Source: a virus (taxonomy: Duplodnaviria; Heunggongvirae; Uroviricota; Caudoviricetes). From it: 64,000 nucleotides of DNA. Within the stretch, counting starts at the first letter, position 1. Every line of letters begins with the position of its first letter. Location: the IMG/VR virus record IMGVR_UViG_3300021426_000080, positions 27,744 through 91,743 of that record; one strand, written 5' to 3'. A model generated the notes under the pieces. That model was not told where the DNA came from. It saw only the letters and a list, made by a program, of their open reading frames with translations, and did not search any database. Shown piece by piece: positions 25,984-34,868 of this stretch. A program made the position numbers and the translations under genes.

Positions 25984-26156
25984 TTCATAAGTGCGATATT
26001 TGCGGAAAGGAAATGGGTGTTTGGTTCAAGGTAGTATTAACTGTTGAATCTTTGCATCCGGAAACAAACGTCGCAGATATTATTCATCTGCAAGGGACGA
26101 CGGAGATTTGTAAAGATTGTTATCTGTCGCGAATGCCGAAAGGAGAAACTGAATGA
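25977..26156 (+). CDS. small zinc-ribbon protein (59 aa)
   Basis: CDICGK...CKDCY. ATG overlaps the upstream stop. Fills the gap between the track ORFs. Confidence 0.35.
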   Translation: MVIHKCDICGKEMGVWFKVVLTVESLHPETNVADIIHLQGTTEICKDCYLSRMPKGETE

Positions 26157-26389
26157 GCATGAGCGAAGAAGTCGTTTTTGTTAGGCAAAAACAAATCTGC
26201 GAGATTATTCTGAATAATCTATTTTCGGAAGATACTAATAGATTCTTTGAAAATTGCGAATTCTCTTCAGATCGAATGGCTTTTATGCAAGGAATGAATT
26301 ATGCTGCATTACTTTGTAACACAAAGCTTGATCAGTATCCTGTATTAATAACGGTCAGAGATAACGGAGAAAAGGAGAATAAAAAATGA
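26153..26389 (+). CDS. hypothetical protein (78 aa)
   Basis: RBS AAAGGAGAAA. Confidence 0.45.
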   Translation: MSMSEEVVFVRQKQICEIILNNLFSEDTNRFFENCEFSSDRMAFMQGMNYAALLCNTKLDQYPVLITVRDNGEKENKK

Positions 26390-27204
26390 GTATTAAAATT
26401 GAAAATACACAGGTTTTCGGCTGGGAGGCAGCTATCAGAGGCTGCAGAAATCCAATGAATTCCTGGGAGAAGTCGGATAGTTGGTTTTTGGAATGGCAGG
26501 AAGAAGGCGCTTACTATTACCGTGATCTTATTCCGAACGATGATTATTATGATCACTGTTCCGACGATCCTGATGACAAAGAAATATTCCGCGAACGAAT
26601 TAAACACAACAAAGATAAAACCATATTGATTGGCCCCAACGACCATAAGCTCCTCATGAACCTCTGCAAGGGAGGAACTGAGGAGGCAAAATGGAGACGC
26701 ATGGTTCATGTTCAGATGGATGTGACAGCTCCTCTTTATTGGTGGAAGGAATTCGAGACGTACAAGGTCGGAACTGTCAGCAACTCCTGCAGCACAATGC
26801 ATAAGATTCAAGCGAAAGAATTTACACTGGATGATTTTTCGTGTGAACATCTTTTTGTATATTCTAACGCAGATGTTTACTCATTTGCTGATATTGGATC
26901 AAATCAAAATCAGGATGGGCGCTTATTTTCAATGGATCTTCTTGAGTTGACAATAAAAGCTCTAAACTATTACCGTACCAAATTTCTCGAAACTAAAGAT
27001 AAGAAATATTGGTACCAGATGATCCAGCTTTTACCTAGCAGCTATAACCAGAAGCGGACAATCGATCTGAACTATGAGGTCCTGGCAGCGCAATATCGGC
27101 AGAGAAAGGATCATAAACTTCAGGAATGGTTGGACTATTGCTCTTTTATAAAAAGTTTGCCGTACAGTGAATTCATTACATTGGAGGATAAAAATGAAAA
27201 ATGA
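26386..27204 (+). CDS. ThyX (flavin-dependent thymidylate synthase)-like protein, divergent (RHR motif not evident)
   Basis: N-terminus AAIRGCRNPMNSWEKSD resembles the ThyX A.R.C..S segment. VGTVSNSCSTMH resembles the ThyX S..S..SxR block. The expected RHR is replaced by KEFETYK. Confidence 0.35.
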   Translation: MSIKIENTQVFGWEAAIRGCRNPMNSWEKSDSWFLEWQEEGAYYYRDLIPNDDYYDHCSDDPDDKEIFRERIKHNKDKTILIGPNDHKLLMNLCKGGTEEAKWRRMVHVQMDVTAPLYWWKEFETYKVGTVSNSCSTMHKIQAKEFTLDDFSCEHLFVYSNADVYSFADIGSNQNQDGRLFSMDLLELTIKALNYYRTKFLETKDKKYWYQMIQLLPSSYNQKRTIDLNYEVLAAQYRQRKDHKLQEWLDYCSFIKSLPYSEFITLEDKNEK

Positions 27205-27818
27205 TAGATTATTCTATAATTGGTAAAAGATTTGGCCATCTAACCGTATTAGGTTTAGATCATATTACAGAAAGACATAATACATATTGGCTATGTCAAT
27301 GCGATTGTGGAAATAAAACGGTTGTGTATAGAGGCGGATTAACATCTGGCGATACCATTTCATGCGGTTGTTATCATAAAGAACATCATCATGAATATGG
27401 ATTTAAGCACGGTTTAACTGGAACACCTTTATACACGACATGGTGTGGAATGAACAATCGATGTCGAAATGAAAATGCTGGTAACTATGAACGGTATGGA
27501 GGACGTGGAATATCGGTATGTGATGAATGGAAGAATAATTTTATAGCATTTCATGATTGGGCTTTATCTCACGGTTATAAAGAAGGACTATCGCTAGACA
27601 GAATTAATAATGACGGCGATTATGAACCGGATAATTGTCGTTGGGCAACAAGAAACGAACAGCAAAACAATAGACGAAATAGCCATTATTTTACATATAA
27701 TAATGAAACGCATACTATAGCAGAGTGGGGGCGTATATTAAATGTAAAAGACAATTTACTAAATTATAGAATTAGTAAAAATAATTATATGGACTTCGAA
27801 CGATATTTTAAAATATAG
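27201..27818 (+). CDS. HNH homing-type endonuclease
   Basis: LSLDRINNDGDYEPDNCRWATRNEQQNN matches the HNH (H-N-N) motif. Cys/His cluster upstream. The gene is markedly AT-rich. Confidence 0.65.
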   Translation: MIDYSIIGKRFGHLTVLGLDHITERHNTYWLCQCDCGNKTVVYRGGLTSGDTISCGCYHKEHHHEYGFKHGLTGTPLYTTWCGMNNRCRNENAGNYERYGGRGISVCDEWKNNFIAFHDWALSHGYKEGLSLDRINNDGDYEPDNCRWATRNEQQNNRRNSHYFTYNNETHTIAEWGRILNVKDNLLNYRISKNNYMDFERYFKI

Positions 27819-28046
27819 GTGAGGGACAAAATAGTGGTTACAGGACAAGAAATTATTGACTTCATTCGTAACTGTAAGCTCGAAGACACGCCAATCACCA
27901 GAACATGTGATGAACTTATATTTTCAAAACGTCTTAATACTGGAAATGGAACTTACGAGGAAACAAGTCTGCAGTTAAATCTTCAATCAGGAATGTACTA
28001 CAAGGTCAATCATTCGAGAAAGGTTTATGAGTATATGGAGGAATGA
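27819..28046 (+). CDS. hypothetical protein (GTG start)
   Basis: Track ORF. The start is uncertain. Confidence 0.35.
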   Translation: MRDKIVVTGQEIIDFIRNCKLEDTPITRTCDELIFSKRLNTGNGTYEETSLQLNLQSGMYYKVNHSRKVYEYMEE

Positions 28047-28357
28047 TGGTAATAGAAAATGTGTCATTTGCTGAACTTGAATATGAAAACGACATAGTAT
28101 TTGTTCCTCACATATTTAAAGGCGATCATGATAACGGTCTTATTGCAAAATTTATAGATTATTTTGGATTATTGAATCTGGGCCCCGATTCTAGATTTTT
28201 AGACGGAGGACCTATGAGAATTCTTTGCACCGGAGACACGTACCGCTACACAATACCCTTTAAAATTGAAGAATTTTGTAGAGACAATAATTATAAATAT
28301 AGTTTTAAACAGCACAAACGTGATAGTTCAGTTCGTAGATTATATCAAAGACTTTGA
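28043..28357 (+). CDS. hypothetical protein (104 aa)
   Basis: ATGA overlap. Confidence 0.4.
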   Translation: MMVIENVSFAELEYENDIVFVPHIFKGDHDNGLIAKFIDYFGLLNLGPDSRFLDGGPMRILCTGDTYRYTIPFKIEEFCRDNNYKYSFKQHKRDSSVRRLYQRL

Positions 28358-28380
28358 ATTGTTACGATGGAGGACAATTG

Positions 28381-28728
28381 ATGCAGCATTTTGATCGTTT
28401 TATAGAATTAGACAAACTTGTCAGGAAAAGTCTGATTATCTATGGGTCAGAGTGGCAAATCAAAGGAGCTTATATTCACAATGAAAGTGAGTTTAGGCTC
28501 CTTTCTAATTATTTTGCCATAGGTAAGACATATGAAGGTCAAATCGAAATTGCCAATAATTATTTTAGGGGAGAACCTGACTGGTATTTCTTAGAAGGTG
28601 AAGATGGAGGAATAGACTATCCAGCGACATGGAACTTTCAAACGCTATCCGAACGTAAGGCAGAATTTCAAAAGTTCTGCGACCATCTTAAAGAATTAGA
28701 AAAACAAATGAGTAATTCGAAGAGCTAA
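28381..28728 (+). CDS. hypothetical protein (115 aa)
   Basis: RBS GGAGG 7 nt upstream of ATG 28381. Confidence 0.4.
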   Translation: MQHFDRFIELDKLVRKSLIIYGSEWQIKGAYIHNESEFRLLSNYFAIGKTYEGQIEIANNYFRGEPDWYFLEGEDGGIDYPATWNFQTLSERKAEFQKFCDHLKELEKQMSNSKS

Positions 28729-28745
28729 AAACTGGAGGAAGAAAA

Positions 28746-29087
28746 ATGATTGACACAAGCACCAAATCAGCCTTGGTTAAGAAAGAAGTTGTTATTCAGA
28801 GAGACTATATCTGTGACGTTTGTAAGAAACCGTTTCTATCCTGGGGCTATTCAGATGCGGGAATACTCGAAACCTTAAATGGAACTCCTTATCATGGGAG
28901 AAGAGGCATAAAATGGTTTATAGTCACAACCCATCATTCCGACTGGGGAAACGACTCGGTAGACAGTTTCGAGAATAAGCACGTTTGTTCGGCCGAATGC
29001 CTTAGAAAGGCTTTTGAAGATTATCTAGCCAATGATGTTCGGGAGTGCAGAACTGCTTGTTTTGAAGTTGAAGAAAAGACCGACTGA
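28746..29087 (+). CDS. Cys-containing hypothetical protein (113 aa)
   Basis: RBS CTGGAGGAAG. Confidence 0.45.
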   Translation: MIDTSTKSALVKKEVVIQRDYICDVCKKPFLSWGYSDAGILETLNGTPYHGRRGIKWFIVTTHHSDWGNDSVDSFENKHVCSAECLRKAFEDYLANDVRECRTACFEVEEKTD

Positions 29088-29107
29088 TTTTAGAAGGAGG
29101 AAACTTA

Positions 29108-29794
29108 ATGGCAGAATTTGTACAATCAAAAATGACAGTAATTCAACCAGACGGAACTATACTCGGATCTCCGGAGTCTCTTGAAAAATATTGGAATGAA
29201 TACTGCAACGCCCCTAAAGATGACTGTTGGTGCATTAAAGAACCATTTCTGATGTTTCCGAAAGGAACTAATGATAGCGAAATCTGTGAATGGTTTAACA
29301 AAATGTATCCGGGTGGTCTTTTAGAACTAACGAGAAAAAGGCAAATTAAAAGGTTTGGTGAAGACTATGTTAAAACTTGGGAGAAGATTGGAAAACGAAT
29401 GCGTTCGGCGGGTGCCTCATATTTTCTGAGTACCCCGCCCGATCTTGCTAGAACTCGTGAACTTCAAGCAAATCTTCGTGGACAAAGAGCATTTCTTCAA
29501 CCGGTCGATGATGCAGCTTGTTTAACAGAAGAAGTTATGCAAAAAGTTAAAGAAGGCGTTTATCGCGGCCCGTTTGAAGAATTTTATCCGACACTTCGAG
29601 AGCACGGCGCTGAACCAAAAGCTCTTGAAACATTCTGGAATGAGCTTGGTGATATTTCGGTGGACGATGACGGGATCATTCAGGAGTCATTCCTCTGGTG
29701 GCCAAAAGGAACTGATCGAGAGGATATTTGGCATTGGTTTGATGAAAAGTATCCTGGCGGAGTTGCGAAACTTATGGGATTGGAGGAAAACTAA
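29108..29794 (+). CDS. protein with two copies of a ~50-aa F(L/F)xWPKGT...DIxxWF(D/N)xKYPGG domain
   Basis: RBS AGAAGGAGGAAA. Internal duplication visible in the translation. A third copy is encoded by 30062..30223. Confidence 0.5.
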   Translation: MAEFVQSKMTVIQPDGTILGSPESLEKYWNEYCNAPKDDCWCIKEPFLMFPKGTNDSEICEWFNKMYPGGLLELTRKRQIKRFGEDYVKTWEKIGKRMRSAGASYFLSTPPDLARTRELQANLRGQRAFLQPVDDAACLTEEVMQKVKEGVYRGPFEEFYPTLREHGAEPKALETFWNELGDISVDDDGIIQESFLWWPKGTDREDIWHWFDEKYPGGVAKLMGLEEN

Positions 29795-29796
29795 AG

Positions 29797-30078
29797 ATGC
29801 TTCAGAGAATTTGTGATCGTTGTGGAAAAATAATTCAATCTGGACTTAATTTAAAAATTGACGTAAAAAATTGTGAATTACCATCGGACATGTGTCTAGT
29901 GCACCTTGATATTGGTCCTTTCCGAACCGGTGTTCAAGGCGACGGAAATGTTAAGCGAAGAGTTATAAATCCAAGTGAGACTAAACAATATGAACTCTGT
30001 AAAGCTTGTAAAGATGAATTGATGTCATGGCTGACTAAATATGAAAAGTTGGAGGACAAAAATGACAAATTACAGTGA
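29797..30078 (+). CDS. zinc-ribbon protein (93 aa)
   Basis: CDRCGK...CKACKDE. Confidence 0.45.
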   Translation: MLQRICDRCGKIIQSGLNLKIDVKNCELPSDMCLVHLDIGPFRTGVQGDGNVKRRVINPSETKQYELCKACKDELMSWLTKYEKLEDKNDKLQ

Positions 30079-30223
30079 AGTAAAAAAGTTCTTGTATGAA
30101 GTTCCGACTGATATTGCCGGACGAATCAAAGAAGAGTTCTTTGGATGGCCGAAGGGAACTAAGGTAAGTGATATCGAGAAGTGGTTTGACAAAAAAGCAA
30201 GGGGTGAGAGCACAAGAAAATGA
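30062..30223 (+). CDS. small protein = third copy of the WPKGT...WFDKK domain
   Basis: RBS TTGGAGGACAAAA. EEFFGWPKGTKVSDIEKWFDKKARG. Confidence 0.4.
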   Translation: MTNYSEVKKFLYEVPTDIAGRIKEEFFGWPKGTKVSDIEKWFDKKARGESTRK

Positions 30224-30495
30224 CTTATTATACGATGTTTTTGGCGCACACCGCTTTGATGAATGAGTTTAATATAGCTCAGAAGCAACTCGCAGCAGTC
30301 AATAAAAAACTTAAAGAAGCCGCTGAAAGAGATAAAGCATTCTTAAGAGACCCTTTCGGAGATCCTATGCTAAATACGGAGTATGAGGATTTTCAGAAAA
30401 AAGTTATGAATCTTCGCGCAATTGAACTTGGATTATCTAAAAAGGCAGAAGAGCTAGCTGACGCTATAGCCGATTTTGATAAACACAACTGGTAA
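30220..30495 (+). CDS. hypothetical protein (91 aa)
   Basis: ATGA overlap. Confidence 0.4.
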   Translation: MTYYTMFLAHTALMNEFNIAQKQLAAVNKKLKEAAERDKAFLRDPFGDPMLNTEYEDFQKKVMNLRAIELGLSKKAEELADAIADFDKHNW

Positions 30496-30507
30496 AGGAG
30501 ATAAATT

Positions 30508-31152
30508 ATGCCTATTACAACAGTGATAATCATTTCTCTGCTTCTTGCGAATCTTGCGTTAACTCTCATTATGTTCTGGATCGTTTATGATTTGCTGTCC
30601 GCTGTGAAGTCACTCCAGGATATGGAAGAGTTGTCCAAGCATGCTTTTGATTTATGCTATGATCAGATTACCGATTATAGCAATACTATTAAAAAATTGT
30701 TCGCTCACGTACATGAAATATGCGGTTCGATTAAAACCAGATATGATGCTGTCTGCGATGCTTACAAGCTTATGAGAGGAGAATATGATTCAATAGTCGA
30801 TATGAATAGAAAGCTTCTCGAATGCTGGAAAGGTTGCGAAGAGAGATATTCACAGAGTTATGAGGAGTTTAAGCATTGTTCAGATTCATTGAAGGAAATA
30901 AGTTATCAGATTACAGATCTGGCTAATGTTTCGACAGAAGATGAGTATACGCTTACCTTAAACGAAGCATGTGATACAGTATGCATCGAATGCCCGTTCG
31001 GCGGATCGAAGTGCAATGATTGCCCGGTATGGAAGATTCAACACGGAAATGAAGACGAAGGAGATGAAACGCCGGTGGATCCTGAAGCCATGGAGGAATT
31101 CTTCGAGATGGATGCCTTTAAGGATGGGCAAGAAAAAAGCGGTGCTTCGTGA
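30508..31152 (+). CDS. membrane-anchored Cys-rich protein (214 aa)
   Basis: RBS AAAGGAGATAAATT. N-terminal TM ITTVIIISLLLANLALTLIMFWIVY. Cys cluster CIECPFGGSKCNDCPVW. Confidence 0.45.
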   Translation: MPITTVIIISLLLANLALTLIMFWIVYDLLSAVKSLQDMEELSKHAFDLCYDQITDYSNTIKKLFAHVHEICGSIKTRYDAVCDAYKLMRGEYDSIVDMNRKLLECWKGCEERYSQSYEEFKHCSDSLKEISYQITDLANVSTEDEYTLTLNEACDTVCIECPFGGSKCNDCPVWKIQHGNEDEGDETPVDPEAMEEFFEMDAFKDGQEKSGAS

Positions 31153-31187
31153 TTTACTGCATTGTATTTTTAAAAGAAGAAAAGTAA

Positions 31188-31493
31188 ATGAACGAACTTA
31201 TCGATTATACAAAACAAATACTGGATGATATCAAGAAAACGTCTGGTAAAACAATAGATGATATCATCGTTAAGATCCTCGAACAAAATGGGCTTTCGAT
31301 CGAAGATGTTATTGAGCATCCGGATGATTTTCGGCTATGGGAGTTTCCTTCTACTTGCACCCCATTCGGAATAACACAACGCGCCGAGTTATATTACAAA
31401 GATTCATATATTGGATCCTATTTACTTCGGATGGATATGGACGATGATAGAAAAACATATACAATTCGTGCTGGATATTTAGTAAAAGAATAG
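31188..31493 (+). CDS. hypothetical protein (101 aa)
   Basis: Track ORF. Confidence 0.4.
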   Translation: MNELIDYTKQILDDIKKTSGKTIDDIIVKILEQNGLSIEDVIEHPDDFRLWEFPSTCTPFGITQRAELYYKDSYIGSYLLRMDMDDDRKTYTIRAGYLVKE

Positions 31494-31520
31494 AAATAAT
31501 AAATAAAAAGGAGATTAAAA

Positions 31521-32501
31521 ATGTTCGCAATTATATTTTCAGTTATTCTCATTCTCGCAGGTATTGCCGCAGGACGTATTATTCCGGTTCTGCGAGATGA
31601 AGAATCCGGTAAAAAGTTTACACCGTGGCCTCTTTTGCCCGCAGTTGCGATTTCAATGGCTTTGTTTATTGTTAGCTGCATTGCTATCGTACCAACCGGA
31701 TATACTGGAATTCTGACAACATTTGGCAAAGTTGAAGATCGAACCGTTGGATCCGGCATTAACTTCATCGCGCCCTGGCAGGAAGTAGTGAAAATGGATA
31801 ACCGTATTCAGAAGCAGGAGTTTGAATCGGCAGCATTTTCAAGCGATCTTCAGGAAGCCTCTTATGCGGTAACTATTAACTACAGCATCGATCAGACAGC
31901 GGCCCGTGATATTTATAAGACTGTCGGAACAAATTACTACGAAACGGTTATGTTTGGACCGATTCAGGACAATATCAAGACAATATTTGCGAAGTATACT
32001 GCAGAAAGCCTAATCGGGAATCGTGATGTTCTCTCGCAGAAAGTTACGGGCAGTGTCGCCGCCGATATGAGTCGTTACGGAATTAATGTTGTGTCCATCG
32101 CCATTCGTGATATTGACTTTACTGATACGTTTACTAATGCGGTTGAAGCAAAGCAGGTAGCAGCTCAGAATAAACTGAAGGCCGAAACTGAGCAGGCCCA
32201 GAAGACGATGGAAGAAGAGCAGACGGCAAAACGAGCGATTATTGCAGCAAATGCGGAGGCTGAAAAGGCGGTTATTGCGGCTAATGCAGATCTCGAAGTT
32301 GTGAAGGTCCAGGCCGAGGCTGCTCTTTATGCCGGCGAGAAGGAAGCCGAAATGAATAAGCGTATCGGTGAATCTCTTAACGGAAATGTTATTGACTATT
32401 ACTGGATCAAGCAGTGGGACGGTAAACTTCCGACGACTGTTCTTGGAGATGGGAATGATTATATTCTCGATCTTGGAAGCATAACTAATGCGGAGGAATA
32501 A
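31521..32501 (+). CDS. SPFH / band-7 (prohibitin/HflK-like) membrane protein
   Basis: RBS AAAAAGGAGATTAAAA. N-terminal TM. SPFH core GYTGILTTFGKVEDRTVGSGINFIAPWQEVVKMDNRIQ...INVVSIAIRDIDFTDTFTNAVEAKQVAAQ. C-terminal coiled coil. Confidence 0.7.
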   Translation: MFAIIFSVILILAGIAAGRIIPVLRDEESGKKFTPWPLLPAVAISMALFIVSCIAIVPTGYTGILTTFGKVEDRTVGSGINFIAPWQEVVKMDNRIQKQEFESAAFSSDLQEASYAVTINYSIDQTAARDIYKTVGTNYYETVMFGPIQDNIKTIFAKYTAESLIGNRDVLSQKVTGSVAADMSRYGINVVSIAIRDIDFTDTFTNAVEAKQVAAQNKLKAETEQAQKTMEEEQTAKRAIIAANAEAEKAVIAANADLEVVKVQAEAALYAGEKEAEMNKRIGESLNGNVIDYYWIKQWDGKLPTTVLGDGNDYILDLGSITNAEE

Positions 32502-33176
32502 ATGCGCATTATAGATAAGAATACCGATTTTTATGATTATCTACAAAACATTTATATTGATAAAACAATAACGTTTGACAGAACCGATTCGTATTTACTC
32601 ACGAAAGAAATCATGTGCGATAATATGAAATATGTTAACGAACCAGGAGATATTGTCTTTTTGCTGATGCAAGTGTGTAATAAATTTTGGCTATTCAGAA
32701 TAACTGTTACAGAAGTAACCAAATGGAACACGCCAAAAAAGTATCAAATCGAACTGATTTTTTCATGGGACAATTACGACAAAAAGCGTGAACTGATTCA
32801 ATTGGCTTTTATTCGATTCGGAATCAGCATATATCGTAGTGCATTAGACACTTCTAAATTGCATACGTCTGAAGCCTTTAAAAGATCTGACGTTCTCGTA
32901 AATGCTATCAACACTAATGATTATAATGCTTACGATAATATTACGGCGCATGCTTTTTATAATAATGGCGCTAAAACGGTTAAACATATACCAATTCTGA
33001 AGGCGTGCGGCATTGCAGATTTTATTGAACCGCTTGAGATCTATCTGGCATTCGAAGAATATTTCATGCTGGAAAAATCGTCAGGTGAACGAACCGAGTC
33101 AGTCGGACTTACCGACAAAGAAAAAATAGGAAATCACGGCTTTGATATTAAGTCGTCGTTTCGAAATATTAAATAA
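32502..33176 (+). CDS. hypothetical protein (224 aa)
   Basis: ATGA-type overlap with the SPFH gene. Confidence 0.45.
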   Translation: MRIIDKNTDFYDYLQNIYIDKTITFDRTDSYLLTKEIMCDNMKYVNEPGDIVFLLMQVCNKFWLFRITVTEVTKWNTPKKYQIELIFSWDNYDKKRELIQLAFIRFGISIYRSALDTSKLHTSEAFKRSDVLVNAINTNDYNAYDNITAHAFYNNGAKTVKHIPILKACGIADFIEPLEIYLAFEEYFMLEKSSGERTESVGLTDKEKIGNHGFDIKSSFRNIK

Positions 33177-33195
33177 TATAAAGGAGATTAAACAA

Positions 33196-33549
33196 ATGAA
33201 CGAGAAAGAATTTAGAGAGTACGTATACGAGCAGAGGAGACAGGGCAGATCTGATAGCCAGATTGCGAGAAGCCTTGGTATGAGTCTTGCTCATTTTATG
33301 GGACGACTCAACGGCGTAGATGTTGATAAGATCGATCCGCCGAAGAAGACAAACGCAGAGATGGCCAAAGATCTTGGTATCAAAGAAGCTCCGGTTCGTC
33401 CTGTCCAGAAACCGGAAGTAAAGCCCGTATCCGGAGCCAAGCAGCCTGAAAAGTACGAAAACCACAAGAAAGAAAAAGTTTCCGAAGCTTCTAAGATTGA
33501 GGAGCCTAAGGACAAAAAGAAAACCGAAGATCTCAGCTGGATGGAGTAA
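33196..33549 (+). CDS. HTH DNA-binding protein with lysine-rich tail (117 aa)
   Basis: RBS AAGGAGATTAAACAA. HTH RSDSQIARSLGMSLAHF. Confidence 0.45.
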   Translation: MNEKEFREYVYEQRRQGRSDSQIARSLGMSLAHFMGRLNGVDVDKIDPPKKTNAEMAKDLGIKEAPVRPVQKPEVKPVSGAKQPEKYENHKKEKVSEASKIEEPKDKKKTEDLSWME

Positions 33550-33575
33550 TTCGCAATAATTACAGCTCCTATAAT
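33550..33575 (+). promoter_or_regulatory. phage promoter motif TTCGCAA-N13-TATAAT
   Basis: TTCGCAATAATTACAGCTCCTATAATGAAAGGAG. Confidence 0.55.
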
Positions 33576-33591
33576 GAAAGGAGTTGGTCTT

Positions 33592-33825
33592 ATGAAATGT
33601 TATCTAGTTATAGTAAAGGCATGGACCGAACGAGGTCGGCTTGTAATGAATAACGTGCTAAAGATTTTCTTTAATAAAAATAATGCCGAAAAATTTATTA
33701 AAGAAACCTGGCCAGAAGCTCATTACAGGAAAGATGATCGTGGCGAATGCTACGTAATTGAACCGGACGAATATTCATGGGATACGCATTATTTCATTAG
33801 AGAAATGAACATAGAGGACTTGTAA
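33592..33825 (+). CDS. hypothetical protein (77 aa)
   Basis: RBS GAAAGGAG. Confidence 0.4.
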   Translation: MKCYLVIVKAWTERGRLVMNNVLKIFFNKNNAEKFIKETWPEAHYRKDDRGECYVIEPDEYSWDTHYFIREMNIEDL

Positions 33826-33850
33826 CTTACAGGTCCTCTAAATTTTATAT
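33814..33850 (+). terminator. terminator hairpin GAGGACTTGT-AACTT-ACAGGTCCTC (repeat of 36224..36256)
   Basis: 10-bp stem followed by TAAATTTTATATTT. Overlaps the gene end (…EDL*). Confidence 0.55.
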
Positions 33851-33869
33851 TTGAAAAGGAGAAACTAAA

Positions 33870-34094
33870 ATGACTATTTGGCTTTGTGACAGATGCGGTG
33901 CTCAGGTTAAGAAGGATTCTTATGGCGCAGGGAAGTATGAGATCTCGAAGCCTTGCAAGGATGAAAACGGGACAATTTATCGTAGAGGCATGAAGTTCTG
34001 TGATCAGTGCAAAATGGAGCTCGAACAGTTCCTGGATGATGAATTTTCCAAGATGCCGACTTCCGCTACTGTGTCAATTAATGAGAAGATGTGA
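33870..34094 (+). CDS. zinc-ribbon protein (74 aa)
   Basis: RBS GAAAAGGAGAAAC. CDRCGAQ...CDQCK. Confidence 0.45.
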   Translation: MTIWLCDRCGAQVKKDSYGAGKYEISKPCKDENGTIYRRGMKFCDQCKMELEQFLDDEFSKMPTSATVSINEKM

Positions 34095-34498
34095 GGCTAT
34101 TAAGGATGATTGTAGAATTTGAGCTCGTTAAACGTGAAGTCGACAACGTATCAAAAATACTTTTTCATGATTGGTGTACGTATGACGCTTCAGGCAAATT
34201 CATTCCACATTCTGAAAAAATGGAAGATATGCTCAGAAGCGGGTACGTTATCGAGAACGCTAGAATAATCGGGGAAGATTTCTATCCAAACGAACTTAAA
34301 TTATATTTTGCTATGTTCGCAGTTCTCAAAGATCACGAGTATCATGCTTCTGCCGGATATATTTTTGCTTATAGTGAAGATCGAGCTATAGAAATGCTGA
34401 AGAAACGGTATGGCGAGAAAACAAGGGTCAGATCCATCGAAGAATTACCGTATGAGGAGGGAACAGTGCTCTATGGAGAACGCTGGCATAAACTTTAA
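34091..34498 (+). CDS. hypothetical protein (135 aa)
   Basis: ATGA overlap. Confidence 0.45.
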   Translation: MRLLRMIVEFELVKREVDNVSKILFHDWCTYDASGKFIPHSEKMEDMLRSGYVIENARIIGEDFYPNELKLYFAMFAVLKDHEYHASAGYIFAYSEDRAIEMLKKRYGEKTRVRSIEELPYEEGTVLYGERWHKL

Positions 34499-34868
34499 TA
34501 CTCATAAACTTAGTGATGATTTTGTAAATGATGTGTTTCGGCATTATGTAGAACGGCATATTTCGGTAGACGCTCAGGAAAAATCACCGGTATGTCCATT
34601 TGAAACTTGCGGAGAGTGCAATACAGCGTATTCCGATTCATGCTATACATGCGAATTTGCAGAGGAATCATTTCAGAAAATGCTCGATGGCATATATAAG
34701 AAAACAGATCCGAGGACAAAAGCACGAGTTTTCTGTATCTGCTGCGGAGCTCAAAAGAGAACGCTTCGCAAATGGCATAACTCTTATCTTTGTAATGATT
34801 GCTATAAGATTATGATGCATATCGGTGAGGAGAAGTATATTAAGGCTTTACAAGGTGAAGAGGCTTAG
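34473..34868 (+). CDS. Cys-rich zinc-finger protein (131 aa)
   Basis: RBS GAGGAGGG 12 nt upstream of ATG 34473. CPFETCGECN...CYTCEF...CICCGAQ...CNDCYK. Confidence 0.4.
   Translation: MENAGINFNTHKLSDDFVNDVFRHYVERHISVDAQEKSPVCPFETCGECNTAYSDSCYTCEFAEESFQKMLDGIYKKTDPRTKARVFCICCGAQKRTLRKWHNSYLCNDCYKIMMHIGEEKYIKALQGEEA

Noticed and set aside
26386-27204. Calling this a functional thymidylate synthase ThyX.
   Set aside because: The diagnostic RHR motif could not be found, so only a ThyX-like fold is proposed.
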